The notes: a model not told the origin generated them from the letters alone. 64,000 nt of DNA from Roseibacillus sp. (GCA_965242925.1 CBDEUM010000014.1:416001-480000), one strand, 5' to 3'. Shown: positions 9,746-19,270, numbered from the stretch's first letter. Program-made: numbers and translations.

Positions 9746-10690
9746 ATGCGCACTCCCAGACTTACTCTCGCCCTTTCCCTTCTCTCGACCATCTCGCTTT
9801 CTGCCGGCATCAATCTCAAGCAGGAAGGCAAGAACCTGCAGGTGATCGTCGATGGGAAACTCTTCACTGAGTATCATGGGGAGACCCGTGTCCCATGCCT
9901 CTATCCTCTCATGAGTCCCTCCGGGACCCACCTGACCCGGCAGTATCCCTTCGTCAAGGACGTGGCCGGGGAGAAATCCGATCACCCTCACCACACCGGG
10001 TTCTGGTTTACCCACGGCAATGTCAATGGGCACGACTTCTGGCACACGGACGACTGCAAGATCGTAACCCGCAGGATCACCGGAACGAAAGTCAGCCAGA
10101 AAGGAGATCAAGCTGCAGTCACTTTCTCGGCGGAGCTTGCCTGGGAGGCAAAGGGCAAGCCGATCGTCCTGGAGCAACGGCGATATGATATCACCCTCGC
10201 AGGGAAGACCCGGATCGTTGATGTGACCTCTGCAATGAAGCCCGCCGGGGACAACGTGACCTTCGGGGACACCAAGGAAGGCAGCTTTGCCATTCGCACT
10301 GCTCCGTCCCTGCGTCTTGTCGGTGAGGTCGCCAAGGGGAAGATCACCAACAGCGAGGGGGTGAAGGACAACGATGCATGGGGCAAGCGGGCCCGCTGGG
10401 TGGCCTATCATGGCCCCGACTCCGCAGGCACTCCACAGATCATCGCCATTTTCGATCACAACCGGAACCTGCGCCATCCCACCTGGTGGCACGCGCGCAA
10501 CTACGGCCTCCTCACCGCCAACCCCTTCGGAATCCGCGCCTTCAGGGACAAGTCGGTCAAGGAAAGCGGAAACTTTGAACTCAAGAAGGGTGAGTCCCTC
10601 ACCCAGCGCTACCGCCTCCTCCTTCATGAGGGCAGCCTCGACAGCGCAAAGGTTGAAGAGGCCTGGAAGTCCTTCGTAGCCGGGAAATAG
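9746..10690 (+). CDS. Secreted DUF6807-like ('PmoA family') beta-sandwich protein
   Basis: Signal peptide; PCLYPL, DHPHHTGFWFTHGNVNGHDFW, FGDTKEG.FAIR and WHARNYGLLTANPFG motifs. Confidence 0.8.
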   Translation: MRTPRLTLALSLLSTISLSAGINLKQEGKNLQVIVDGKLFTEYHGETRVPCLYPLMSPSGTHLTRQYPFVKDVAGEKSDHPHHTGFWFTHGNVNGHDFWHTDDCKIVTRRITGTKVSQKGDQAAVTFSAELAWEAKGKPIVLEQRRYDITLAGKTRIVDVTSAMKPAGDNVTFGDTKEGSFAIRTAPSLRLVGEVAKGKITNSEGVKDNDAWGKRARWVAYHGPDSAGTPQIIAIFDHNRNLRHPTWWHARNYGLLTANPFGIRAFRDKSVKESGNFELKKGESLTQRYRLLLHEGSLDSAKVEEAWKSFVAGK

Positions 10691-10707
10691 AAGAAGAGGA
10701 GAGCCTG

Positions 10708-11427
10708 CTATCTTCGGCGCCACTTCGTGAGGAGTGCCACCGTCCACTGGAACTTGCGCGCCGTCTCCCGGATCAGGAACGGCTCATCGTGCTCCTCAAG
10801 GAGCTCAAAGTGCTCACGCAGTTCGCCCTCCAGCCAATCGCGGGTCGATCCCCGCGGCCAACGGGCCTCGGGAGTAAACTCCTCCAACCAGGTGCAGGGG
10901 GTCGTGAGAATCAGCTCCCCACCGGATCGCACCAATTCCGGCAGGCGCCCCAGCAAGCGTCCGGGCTCTGACAGGCGGCAAAGGAGATTGGCGGCCAGAA
11001 CCTGACCGAAACTCCCTAATCCGGGCCTGAGATTCATGGCGTCTCCCTGTTCAAAGGTAATGCGACCGGGCTGGGTCCCCGCGGGCGGTTCCACCACGAC
11101 GGACTTCCTGCAGTGCCCCTCTTCCAACCGGGACAACTCACAGTGTCCCGCCGACTGCATTTCCTTCGCAGTATCAACAAACCCCTGCGAATAGTCTATC
11201 GCCACGACTTCATTCGCACACCGCGACATCTCAAACGCAGAGCGCCCCACGGCACAGCCAAGATCGAGGGCGCGCTCCACTTCCCCAGTCGAAAACCGCT
11301 CCACGATCCGGCTCGGAAACCCGAGTGCTTCCCGGGGGCCTCCCGGCCAGGAATAGATCTGCTCCGGGGACCCGTAGTGAAAAAGCAGGTACTCATCGCG
11401 AAGCCTGGTGGTCTCGTAAATATTCAT
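10708..11427 (-). CDS. Stand-alone SAM-dependent methyltransferase resembling the OvoA C-terminal (mercaptohistidine N-methyltransferase) domain
   Basis: NIYET....EYLLFHYG, RALDLGCAVGRSAFE, QGDAMNL, ANLLCRL, TPCTWLEEFT and IRETARKFQW match the OvoA C-terminal domain pattern. Confidence 0.8.
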   Translation of the reverse strand: MNIYETTRLRDEYLLFHYGSPEQIYSWPGGPREALGFPSRIVERFSTGEVERALDLGCAVGRSAFEMSRCANEVVAIDYSQGFVDTAKEMQSAGHCELSRLEEGHCRKSVVVEPPAGTQPGRITFEQGDAMNLRPGLGSFGQVLAANLLCRLSEPGRLLGRLPELVRSGGELILTTPCTWLEEFTPEARWPRGSTRDWLEGELREHFELLEEHDEPFLIRETARKFQWTVALLTKWRRR

Positions 11428-11465
11428 CGTCCTCATCCCTGGCGCAGTCAGGCCCCTGACGAAAA

Positions 11466-11849
11466 TCAATGCACTGGCGCGTCTCCGTCGGTCACCATCA
11501 CGCCCCCTTCATCATAAAAGAAGTCATCCGGATCAAACCTGGGTATCGAAATATTGTAGAGCTTCATCGTCCCCACTCCACGGTGGCGGCAGCCGGGCTT
11601 GATCATGACGGCGGACATGGGCTTGACCGCTACGCGCTCGCCATCGAGTTCAAGATAGCCCTCTCCTTCCAGAATGACGTAAATCTCCGTCGTCTTCTCA
11701 TGATAGTGGCAGGTCGGCTCATCGGCCAATTCAAGGAGATGTAGCGATGCGGGGCTTTCATCATCCGCGGCGAAGGCACGCCTCACGGTTCCGCAACAGC
11801 ACTCCTGTTCCTGGAGGTCCGGAAACTGAATCGCCTCGTATCGCTTCAT
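11466..11849 (-). CDS. Cupin domain protein with N-terminal CCCG
   Basis: Cupin metal motif HYH...TEIYVILEGEG...PGCRH. Start overlaps the upstream stop (ATGA). Confidence 0.9.
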   Translation of the reverse strand: MKRYEAIQFPDLQEQECCCGTVRRAFAADDESPASLHLLELADEPTCHYHEKTTEIYVILEGEGYLELDGERVAVKPMSAVMIKPGCRHRGVGTMKLYNISIPRFDPDDFFYDEGGVMVTDGDAPVH

Positions 11850-13063
11850 TGCTTCAATCTGCCTGCCAGGGCATCCATGATATAGCGGCTCGGCTTGAAA
11901 TCCTCAATGAGGATCTCCTGCTGACTTCCGCGCTGCATTCGCACCTTCCTCAAATTGAAGTTGGGCGTCTTGTGAGGGGCAAAAAGAATGTCATCATGGG
12001 TGCTGTTTTCATGCTGCTTGAACATATCGGGCACAATATCCCCTCCGAGGTGATCATCCCTGCCCGTTGCAAGGTGGCAGGTCCCCAGCACCTTCTCATC
12101 CTGGATATCCTGATAGGATACAGGCAGGACCTGTGTTCCAAAACCAAGTTCCCCGAGGGTCCCTGTCATCGGGTCATCCGCCAGACGCCGGTTATGGTCC
12201 GCAATCGTCTCCTCACTGCCCTCGATCAGGGTGGCCTTCACCACATCGCGGCACACTACATCAAGAATCCCGAGGGTCCCATCCTCATACTTCATTGGGA
12301 ACTGACCGCGGGCATCCCTCGGCACGAAATACACCTCGCCCGCAGGCAGGTTCGCTACGTCCGGCTTCCTCCCCTTGCACAAGCCATGCGATTTCTGGGC
12401 CTCCTGTCCTCCCAGGTCCAGGGAGGCCTCAAGGATTCTTCCATCTTCGAGGCCAAATTCGATTTCAACCTTGTCAGCACCCGTCATCGCAAGCCGCATC
12501 CTCTCCGCATCTGCTGATACCTCGTCGTAATCCACGGCGAGGCCAGACTGCAAAATAACCTCATTCATCCCGTGCATGGTTGCTCCCCTGAATCCAAACT
12601 CCTTACACTTCGCTGTCAGTGGCGCAGTTGCCGAGAAGGTCGAGACGCACAGGATAATGTCATAGGCCGGGTAGATATGCTGATCGAGGGACAACTGTTC
12701 GCCTTCCGTGCTCCAGACCTCATCCTCGAGGTCGAGGTTTGAGCCTCTGGTGCAGCGATAGGCAAACATTTCACCTCCGCTCATCCCGAGCTTTCTCATC
12801 ACCCCGGCATGAAGCTCCTGATGGAAATATCGATGGGCGTTTTTCTGGACCTCGAACCCCTCTTTTTCAAGGAATGCGAAATTCCTGATAAGCGCAGGGG
12901 GTTCCTCGAAATCCACCAGGATACAGACACGGCACCCCTCGGTTGGATCGAAAACCGTGGAGAGCAGGCGGGCCGCATCAAAGGGAGGGAACTCCCGCTG
13001 CCCTGGGTTCTGCAGGAGGCTCTCCTCCAGGTGGGGTGGCAGTGAACTCGTTAAAGGCTGCAT
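11846..13063 (-). CDS. M29 (aminopeptidase T)-fold metalloenzyme
   Basis: NLPAGEVY, GELGFG, DEKVLGTCHLATG and HDD provide the E/E/E/H/H/D ligand pattern. Confidence 0.75.
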   Translation of the reverse strand: MQPLTSSLPPHLEESLLQNPGQREFPPFDAARLLSTVFDPTEGCRVCILVDFEEPPALIRNFAFLEKEGFEVQKNAHRYFHQELHAGVMRKLGMSGGEMFAYRCTRGSNLDLEDEVWSTEGEQLSLDQHIYPAYDIILCVSTFSATAPLTAKCKEFGFRGATMHGMNEVILQSGLAVDYDEVSADAERMRLAMTGADKVEIEFGLEDGRILEASLDLGGQEAQKSHGLCKGRKPDVANLPAGEVYFVPRDARGQFPMKYEDGTLGILDVVCRDVVKATLIEGSEETIADHNRRLADDPMTGTLGELGFGTQVLPVSYQDIQDEKVLGTCHLATGRDDHLGGDIVPDMFKQHENSTHDDILFAPHKTPNFNLRKVRMQRGSQQEILIEDFKPSRYIMDALAGRLKQ

Positions 13064-13126
13064 CAGGGGCGGACCCTAAGCCCTTTCTTTCTACGGGCAA
13101 GCGGAAGATAGGGGGCCTCATCCGGC

Positions 13127-13588
13127 CTACTCCCCCCCTTCCAGCTCCATCCCCTTGTCTCGAAGTTCCTCAAGGACGCTGGTCATATCCTTGAGACCGT
13201 CCCACACATCCTGAACGACATAGAGGGGTGCCTGCTGGCGAACGGCCAGAGCGATGGAGTCACTGGGACGCGCATCGAGTTCCACGATGAGTTTCTCGTT
13301 GATCTCGTTCTGCGCTTCAATGAAGAGGCGGGCATAAAAGACGTCGTCCTCCACCCTCACGATCACGACCCGCTGCACCACTGCTCCAAAGGCCTTGAGC
13401 GCATCGTTAAAAAGGTCGTGGGTCAGAGGCCGCGGCGGCTGCCGGTCGGAGAGGGCATCGTTGATGGAAACCCCGATGGCGGGTTCGATGTAGAACACGA
13501 TCGATTTCTCGCCATTGCCCAGGAAGACCGCACATCCCGCCTGGGTGGGCAGAAGGGCAACAGGGTCCACTTGAACAAGATCCGGCAT
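13127..13588 (-). CDS. Bifunctional nuclease family protein (DUF151)
   Basis: RPLTHDL, FYARL and DARPSDSIALA motifs. Confidence 0.93.
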   Translation of the reverse strand: MPDLVQVDPVALLPTQAGCAVFLGNGEKSIVFYIEPAIGVSINDALSDRQPPRPLTHDLFNDALKAFGAVVQRVVIVRVEDDVFYARLFIEAQNEINEKLIVELDARPSDSIALAVRQQAPLYVVQDVWDGLKDMTSVLEELRDKGMELEGGE

Positions 13589-13598
13589 CACGAAAACG

Positions 13599-14120
13599 TT
13601 ACTGTCGATCCAGTTCCCGAGCGAGGAACTTCCTGCTGTTTTCCACATATTTCTGGGCGCGGACCGCGACCCCCGCCTGCTCCTCCTCACTGAGCAGGCG
13701 CACCACCTTGCCAGGCGAACCGAGAACAAGGGACCCAGGTGGGATTTCCGTGTTCATGGTGACCAGGGTATTGGCTCCGATAATACTGCGCTCTCCAATT
13801 ACCGCACCATCCAGCACGGTGGCTCCCATTCCCACCAGAACCTCATCCTTGATCGTGCAGGCGTGCACAATCGCACCGTGACCAACCGTGACAAGCTCAC
13901 CAAGATAACATCCACGGTCGCTCTCAACATGAAGAACCGCGTTGTCCTGAACGTTGGAACGCGGGCCGATCACCACCTCATGGATATCGCCACGCAGGGT
14001 CGAGTTGTACCACACGCTGGCTTCTGCTCCGATCCGGACTCTCCCGATCAGATCCGCACTGGCTGCCACGAAGGCACTCTCATCGATCTCCGGCCAGTGG
14101 TCCTCAAAAGGCTCAATCAT
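13599..14120 (-). CDS. Gamma carbonic anhydrase family protein
   Basis: Hexapeptide repeats; LRGD, NVQDNAVLH, VGHGAIVHAC. Confidence 0.95.
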   Translation of the reverse strand: MIEPFEDHWPEIDESAFVAASADLIGRVRIGAEASVWYNSTLRGDIHEVVIGPRSNVQDNAVLHVESDRGCYLGELVTVGHGAIVHACTIKDEVLVGMGATVLDGAVIGERSIIGANTLVTMNTEIPPGSLVLGSPGKVVRLLSEEEQAGVAVRAQKYVENSRKFLARELDRQ

Positions 14121-14303
14121 GAAAACAGCTTAGGAGATGCATTAAAAATCAAGGAATGAAAATCTGCGGACAGTTCCGGTTTCTGGACATTCATCATCCA
14201 AAAAGCAGAAACATCACTGGCAAACCCGCCAGGACTGGGCGACACTCATTCCCGTTCCTACGCGCCTCCCGGATTCCAACCATCAACTCCACGCGCGCCC
14301 CTG

Positions 14304-15125
14304 ATGTCCCAGTTTGCCCTCGTCGCCGGATTGGCCGTCCTTGCGATGGCTCTGCGATGTTGCCGCCACTTCGCGGCACGCAAGCTCGGCGCGCTCATTT
14401 TTCTGGTCGCCAGTTTTTTCGCCCTCTACTTCATTTTCAACCGATCGGTGGTAGCGGGCCTCTGCGGGGTGGGGGCCTGGTTCCTCCTTCCCTGGATCGA
14501 ACTCCTTACCCGTATCCGCCGTCTCCGCCTGCCCCTCGAGAACCGGCTTCGCTTCCGTGTTCCTCCGGCGGACTCCTTCTTTCCCCATGCCGCCGAGGCA
14601 GTCGACGCCATGGACGAGGAGGGCTTCGAGCACGCCACTGACAGCGGATGGGAGTGGGCCGGAATGAAACAGTTCTTCCGCATCTTCTGGAACCCTGAAA
14701 AGCGGGCCATCGCCACCGTCTGCCTCTGTGAACAGGAAGAGGTTGCCTTCGCATTCATCAGCATCACCTCCAGGGATGGTAACGGACGCATCTTCCGCAC
14801 CACTAATTTTCCTTTCTCTCCCACTCTTAAATGTGGCTCCGAGATCACCTGGAACCATGTCCCCTGCGAATGCAGTTGCTTCCATCAGATCCTGCACAAC
14901 CATCATCAGTTTCTTGGCCGCCTCCACGTGCCTGAGGACGACCTGCGGGTTCCCGATCCTGATGAGGTCATAAATGAGATCGAGGGCGAGATGCGCCGGC
15001 AGATCGATCACAATCTTTCCAAGGGTATCATCCAGCTCACGGGCGACGGGCATTTTCGCTACTCGTTCCGCGGGCTCTTCTTCCTCTGGCGCCAGTTCAT
15101 CAGGGACATGCTGCGGCTCTGTTGA
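14304..15125 (+). CDS. Hypothetical membrane protein (3 N-terminal TM helices plus soluble domain)
   Basis: 273-aa ORF with hydrophobic N-terminus; stop abuts or overlaps the next gene. Confidence 0.8.
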   Translation: MSQFALVAGLAVLAMALRCCRHFAARKLGALIFLVASFFALYFIFNRSVVAGLCGVGAWFLLPWIELLTRIRRLRLPLENRLRFRVPPADSFFPHAAEAVDAMDEEGFEHATDSGWEWAGMKQFFRIFWNPEKRAIATVCLCEQEEVAFAFISITSRDGNGRIFRTTNFPFSPTLKCGSEITWNHVPCECSCFHQILHNHHQFLGRLHVPEDDLRVPDPDEVINEIEGEMRRQIDHNLSKGIIQLTGDGHFRYSFRGLFFLWRQFIRDMLRLC

Positions 15126-15181
15126 TAAGAAAGACGAAGGTCGGGCTGGCCAGCTGGCGCCACCACCTGCTAACTGAATCC

Positions 15182-16216
15182 GTGGATTCGCTGACCATCG
15201 CGAAACTGAAGCAGGGCGCTAATGAGACCCCGCAAGAGGCCTTCTTCCAGGCCCAGGTCCAGGATCGTTCCGAGAGGACGACCAAATCCGGCTCACCCTA
15301 TCTTGAACTCACCCTCACCGACGCGACCAGTAACTTCACCCTGAAGGTCTGGAGCAATCATCCACAATTCTCCGAGATCAGCGATCTGCCCACTGCCGCC
15401 TTTGTCCGGTTGGAAGGTCTCTGGACCCAGAACCAGTATGGCATCGACGGAAAACGCTGGCAACTTCGCGTCCTCGACGATGGCGAAATCGAAGAGTTTC
15501 TCCGTGGCAACCCCGAGACTGCCCGCAAGCAGGAGGCCGACTGGGATCATGTCGTCGCCACCTGTGCGGCCCTCAGGGATCCTCGCCTGCGGGCCCTCAC
15601 CAGCAAATTCCTTGAAGAGTCCGGGGAACGCTTCCGCCGCGCCGCCGCCGCCCGCCGGAATCACCACGCCCGGCGCGGCGGACTGGTGGAACACGTGGCC
15701 CAGATGATGCGAACAGCCTCCGCGATCTGCACCGCCTACCCGGATCTCAACGAAGACCTTCTTCTCGCAGGCGTCCTCTTCCACGACTGTGGCAAACTCT
15801 GGGAAAACAACTACCCGGAAGCGGGCTTCGCCCAAAGCGTGAGCCTGCACGGCGAAATGATGGGACATATCCCCCTCGGGATCGAGCTGGTCAACAGGCT
15901 CTGGCGCGACCTGCTCGACTCCAGCGTGGCCCAGACCTGGAAGAGCCTGGAGCCATCCAACGACCTCGTGCGCCTGCACCTCCTTCACCTCATCGCCAGC
16001 CACCATGGCACCAGGGAATTTGGCTCTCCCACCCTCCCGTGCACTCCGGAGGCCTTTGCCCTGCATCACATCGACAACTTCGATGCAAAGCACGAGATGC
16101 TGAGCATGGCCTACGAGGGTGCCAACGAACTGGCCCCCGGGATCTTCAGCAAGCAGTTCCCACTTCCCGCCAGTCCGGTCGCACCCCTTCCTCTATTTGA
16201 GGAGTCCCCGTCCTAG
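15182..16216 (+). CDS. yhaM: OB-fold plus HD-domain 3'-5' exoribonuclease (YhaM/Cbf1 family)
   Basis: TKSGSPYLELTLTD (OB fold); HHA..GGLVEH, LFHDCGK, SHHG..EFGSP, LHHIDNFDAK. Alternative TTG start at 15122. Confidence 0.88.
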   Translation: MDSLTIAKLKQGANETPQEAFFQAQVQDRSERTTKSGSPYLELTLTDATSNFTLKVWSNHPQFSEISDLPTAAFVRLEGLWTQNQYGIDGKRWQLRVLDDGEIEEFLRGNPETARKQEADWDHVVATCAALRDPRLRALTSKFLEESGERFRRAAAARRNHHARRGGLVEHVAQMMRTASAICTAYPDLNEDLLLAGVLFHDCGKLWENNYPEAGFAQSVSLHGEMMGHIPLGIELVNRLWRDLLDSSVAQTWKSLEPSNDLVRLHLLHLIASHHGTREFGSPTLPCTPEAFALHHIDNFDAKHEMLSMAYEGANELAPGIFSKQFPLPASPVAPLPLFEESPS

Positions 16217-16307
16217 ATGCGCAAACAGACGGAACGCTCCAGGACCGGAGATTTTCCTTCAGGCAACGGGAACGACCGCACGCCGCCTGCTCTCCCTCCG
16301 GGACCCA

Positions 16308-16694
16308 CTACTTCAAGGCCCCCGTTCGCCCGAGCCACCCGAGGTAGATGAGCGCAATGCCGGCCAGAAGGAAACTGGCGCCCGCCAGCAGTTCCCCGAC
16401 CGCGTGCAACGACGCCCAAGTCTCTGCACTGGGGCCCACGCCGGGGGTCTCGTGGGCCTCTTCCAGGCTGCGCAGACCAGTCCGACCTCCCCGCCCGAGC
16501 AACAGCGCCCCCTGAAGGACAAACCCGACCAGTGAGCTTCCGGAGAATATCAGCACCCACGGCGTGTCCTGCCTGCGACAACGGCACAACCCGTAGAAGA
16601 CCATGGCCCCCAGGAGCACGAGAAAAAGCATTTCGAGAAAGCGATCAAGGTTCGCCAGTCCACTCAAATCGATCGCCGAGTCCTGTTCGCTCAT
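16308..16694 (-). CDS. Hypothetical 3-TM membrane protein
   Basis: Three hydrophobic segments; ATGA overlap with the upstream gene. Confidence 0.7.
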   Translation of the reverse strand: MSEQDSAIDLSGLANLDRFLEMLFLVLLGAMVFYGLCRCRRQDTPWVLIFSGSSLVGFVLQGALLLGRGGRTGLRSLEEAHETPGVGPSAETWASLHAVGELLAGASFLLAGIALIYLGWLGRTGALK

Positions 16695-17155
16695 CTCTCC
16701 CTCTTTCCTCCAGGTTTGCTGCTGCGCGGGCCCGACTTTTCTGCCAGCGCCTCCCGGCCCATCAACAGAAACCCGCCCGTCGCTGCCAGGGAACCAAGGA
16801 AGAGGCCCAACCGCTGGCCCCACCAGTAGGGTCCCTCCCATTCCCGCGGGCCCACCGGTCCGATCGCAAGATCATCCTCAGAGTATTCGAACTCGGCGTG
16901 ATCCTCCCCCAGGATCTGATCCATGTCCGCCTTCCACCCTGGGTAATAATTCAACTCCACTGCATGGAGGCGCACAAGACTCTGCGCGGTAAGCCCGAGG
17001 GCGAAAGCGACCAAGCTGATCATCAGGAAGAGGCGCAGGCCCGTTCGCCGGGCGCTCCACATGCGGAGGGCACCAAACACCAGAGCCCACCCGCCCAGCA
17101 GGGTGAGTTGTGCCCCTGTCTCCGCCAGCTTGGCCGTCGCCAGCACCTCCATCAT
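16691..17155 (-). CDS. Hypothetical 3-TM membrane protein
   Basis: Three hydrophobic segments with an acidic loop between TM2 and TM3. Confidence 0.7.
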   Translation of the reverse strand: MMEVLATAKLAETGAQLTLLGGWALVFGALRMWSARRTGLRLFLMISLVAFALGLTAQSLVRLHAVELNYYPGWKADMDQILGEDHAEFEYSEDDLAIGPVGPREWEGPYWWGQRLGLFLGSLAATGGFLLMGREALAEKSGPRSSKPGGKRER

Positions 17156-17210
17156 CCTGCCGGGATGGTGCCGCAGCTCTCTCCCTCAGGCCAGACCAAT
17201 CACGATCCTG

Positions 17211-17567
17211 CTACCCGCCGAACGACATTCGCTGCTGTAATTGCACCAGCAGGGTCTCCAGCTCACGGGCACGTCTTGCCGCGGCCCCATACTTTGCACA
17301 CACGCCCAGGAACCCGGCGCAGAAGGCCAAGACCCCCACCCCTGCCAGTCCCAATGCTGCAAAGAGGTAGGGGAGAGCATCGAAGGAACGAAAGCCGAGA
17401 GCCAGCGCTCCGATCAGCGGGGAAAGAGTCAGGAAACACGTCCCTATCAGAATCGTGATCGTCGACCTATTCTTGGCAGCCCGCACCAGTAGGATCGCAC
17501 CCACCAGAAGCGGGACCACGATTACGAGCCACACAAGAAGGACCAGCAGAAATTCTTGAGCTGTCAT
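17211..17567 (-). CDS. Hypothetical 3-TM membrane protein
   Basis: Three hydrophobic segments and a C-terminal amphipathic helix. Confidence 0.75.
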   Translation of the reverse strand: MTAQEFLLVLLVWLVIVVPLLVGAILLVRAAKNRSTITILIGTCFLTLSPLIGALALGFRSFDALPYLFAALGLAGVGVLAFCAGFLGVCAKYGAAARRARELETLLVQLQQRMSFGG

Positions 17568-17659
17568 AGTGAACCCATCCTGCCGCGGAGGTGCCAACAG
17601 AGCGATCTAATTACGGCGGACCGCTACGACCTCCTGGAAGGCTCGATCGGGGCAGAATT

Positions 17660-18529
17660 TTATCCTCCTGTCTCTACGGCCGCGAGAACCTTCACCGCCT
17701 GCCACGCAGCATCCACGTTGTGGACCCGAAAAATCTGAGCTCCCCGTGCCATCCCCGTGGCCAGAAGCCCGATCGTCCCGGCATCGCGGGCGACCGGATC
17801 CTCGATCTCCAACACCTCGCCAATAACCGTTTTGCGAGAGATCGGAAGGAGCACCGGGCGTTCGAATTTCTGCAACCGATCCAGCTCCCGCATGAGACGC
17901 AGGTTGTCTTCCCGCTGCTTGGCAAAGTCGATCCCGGGATCAATCACCAGCTGATCCGGAGAGAGCCCCTCCAACTGGGCAACGGCCAGTTTGTCCTCGA
18001 AGAATCGCTCCAGTTCCACCATAACGTCATCCCAGTAATGGCCGGTCTGCTGCACCTTGGGAGGACCTGCGGTGTGCATCAGCACCAGGGCGGCCCCATG
18101 TTCCGCAACCAGACGTGCATTGCTCCCATCCGGCAATCCGCCCATGTCATTGATCAGTTCCGCTCCCAGTCCGAGGACCGCAGCGACCACTTCGCTGCGC
18201 CAGGTGTTCACCGAGAGCACCGGGGGCCAGACCTGCTCGCCATCCCGTGGTCCCGTCGAGGCCGTCACTTCGCCCCACCGCTCGAGAACTCCCCGCAGGC
18301 GCGCGCATTCTTCCTCTACCGGGATCGCCGCCCGGTTGGTGCGGGCACTCTCCGCCCCCAGGTCCACGATATCCGCCCCCGCCGCCGCCTGGGCCACCGC
18401 CTGCCGGAGGGCCTCGTCCACATCCAGCGTTCCGTCACCTGAAAAGGAATCGTCGTTCACGTTCACGATTCCCATCACCAGCGGACGCCGCGGAAAGGAA
18501 AGAACACGACTGGGAAGGCGCAGGATCAT
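17660..18529 (-). CDS. folP: Dihydropteroate synthase
   Basis: VMGIVNVNDDSFSGDG, DLGAESAR, LVLMH, IDPGIDFAK, SRK and RVHNV motifs. Confidence 0.96.
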   Translation of the reverse strand: MILRLPSRVLSFPRRPLVMGIVNVNDDSFSGDGTLDVDEALRQAVAQAAAGADIVDLGAESARTNRAAIPVEEECARLRGVLERWGEVTASTGPRDGEQVWPPVLSVNTWRSEVVAAVLGLGAELINDMGGLPDGSNARLVAEHGAALVLMHTAGPPKVQQTGHYWDDVMVELERFFEDKLAVAQLEGLSPDQLVIDPGIDFAKQREDNLRLMRELDRLQKFERPVLLPISRKTVIGEVLEIEDPVARDAGTIGLLATGMARGAQIFRVHNVDAAWQAVKVLAAVETGG

Positions 18530-18586
18530 TCTCCTTCTTCCCCGGCTTTCCGGCCCAGTGGACCAACTGTCTGCTTGCTGTTCACT

Positions 18587-19270
18587 TCAGATCGACAGCG
18601 ATCCTCCATTGTCCCGGGCGCCCAGATTCTCCAGGAACGGCACCGCCCTCTCGGCCCACTCCTCGGGGTCGGGATAGGCGGCCGCTCCTTCGCCCCATGC
18701 CGAGCGCAGCATGTCGGTATCGATGACCCCGGGATTCAGGGCAATTGCTGCCACGCCGTCGGGCAACTCGCAGGAGAGCGCCTGGGTCAGTCCCTCGATG
18801 GCCCACTTGGTGGCACAGTAGGGAGCCACCTCCGGTGAGGTGGAGCGGCCCCAACCCGAACTGAAATTCACAACCACACCTTTGCCTCGCTCAATCATGA
18901 CCGGCACCGCATGACGCAGCACGTTGGCCACACCCTTAATATTAACGTCCACCACCCGCCCGAATTCCTCGCTGGCCACCTCCCAGAGCGGAGCCGGCTC
19001 GTTGATCAGGGCCGCGTTGTTCAGGAGAAGGTCCGGCGGTCCCGCCTCGCGCCGTGCGGCCGAACAGAAGGCCTCCACCTCGTCTTCCTCCACTACGTCC
19101 ACGGAGGCAAAGAAGTGGCCCGCCCCCAGTTCTCCGGCCAACGCCTTGACCGCTCCCGCGCTGCGGGCAAAACCTGCCACCGTCCAACCACGCGCAGCGA
19201 AACCCCGCACCATGGCTCGTCCCAGTCCCCGGGAACAACCGGTAATCCACGCTACTTTCTCACTGGCCAT
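18587..19270 (-). CDS. SDR family oxidoreductase
   Basis: TGCSRGLG, NNAA, and YCATK catalytic motif. Confidence 0.95.
   Translation of the reverse strand: MASEKVAWITGCSRGLGRAMVRGFAARGWTVAGFARSAGAVKALAGELGAGHFFASVDVVEEDEVEAFCSAARREAGPPDLLLNNAALINEPAPLWEVASEEFGRVVDVNIKGVANVLRHAVPVMIERGKGVVVNFSSGWGRSTSPEVAPYCATKWAIEGLTQALSCELPDGVAAIALNPGVIDTDMLRSAWGEGAAAYPDPEEWAERAVPFLENLGARDNGGSLSI

Noticed and set aside
9746..10690. 'PmoA family' label suggesting methane monooxygenase
   Set aside because: Soluble secreted beta-type protein with no multi-TM PmoA topology and no pmoB/pmoC nearby.
14215..14280. GGCAAACCC...GGGCGAC resembling a c-di-GMP-I riboswitch
   Set aside because: Lacks the GNRA tetraloop, the GCAAAGC junction and a P3 receptor helix.
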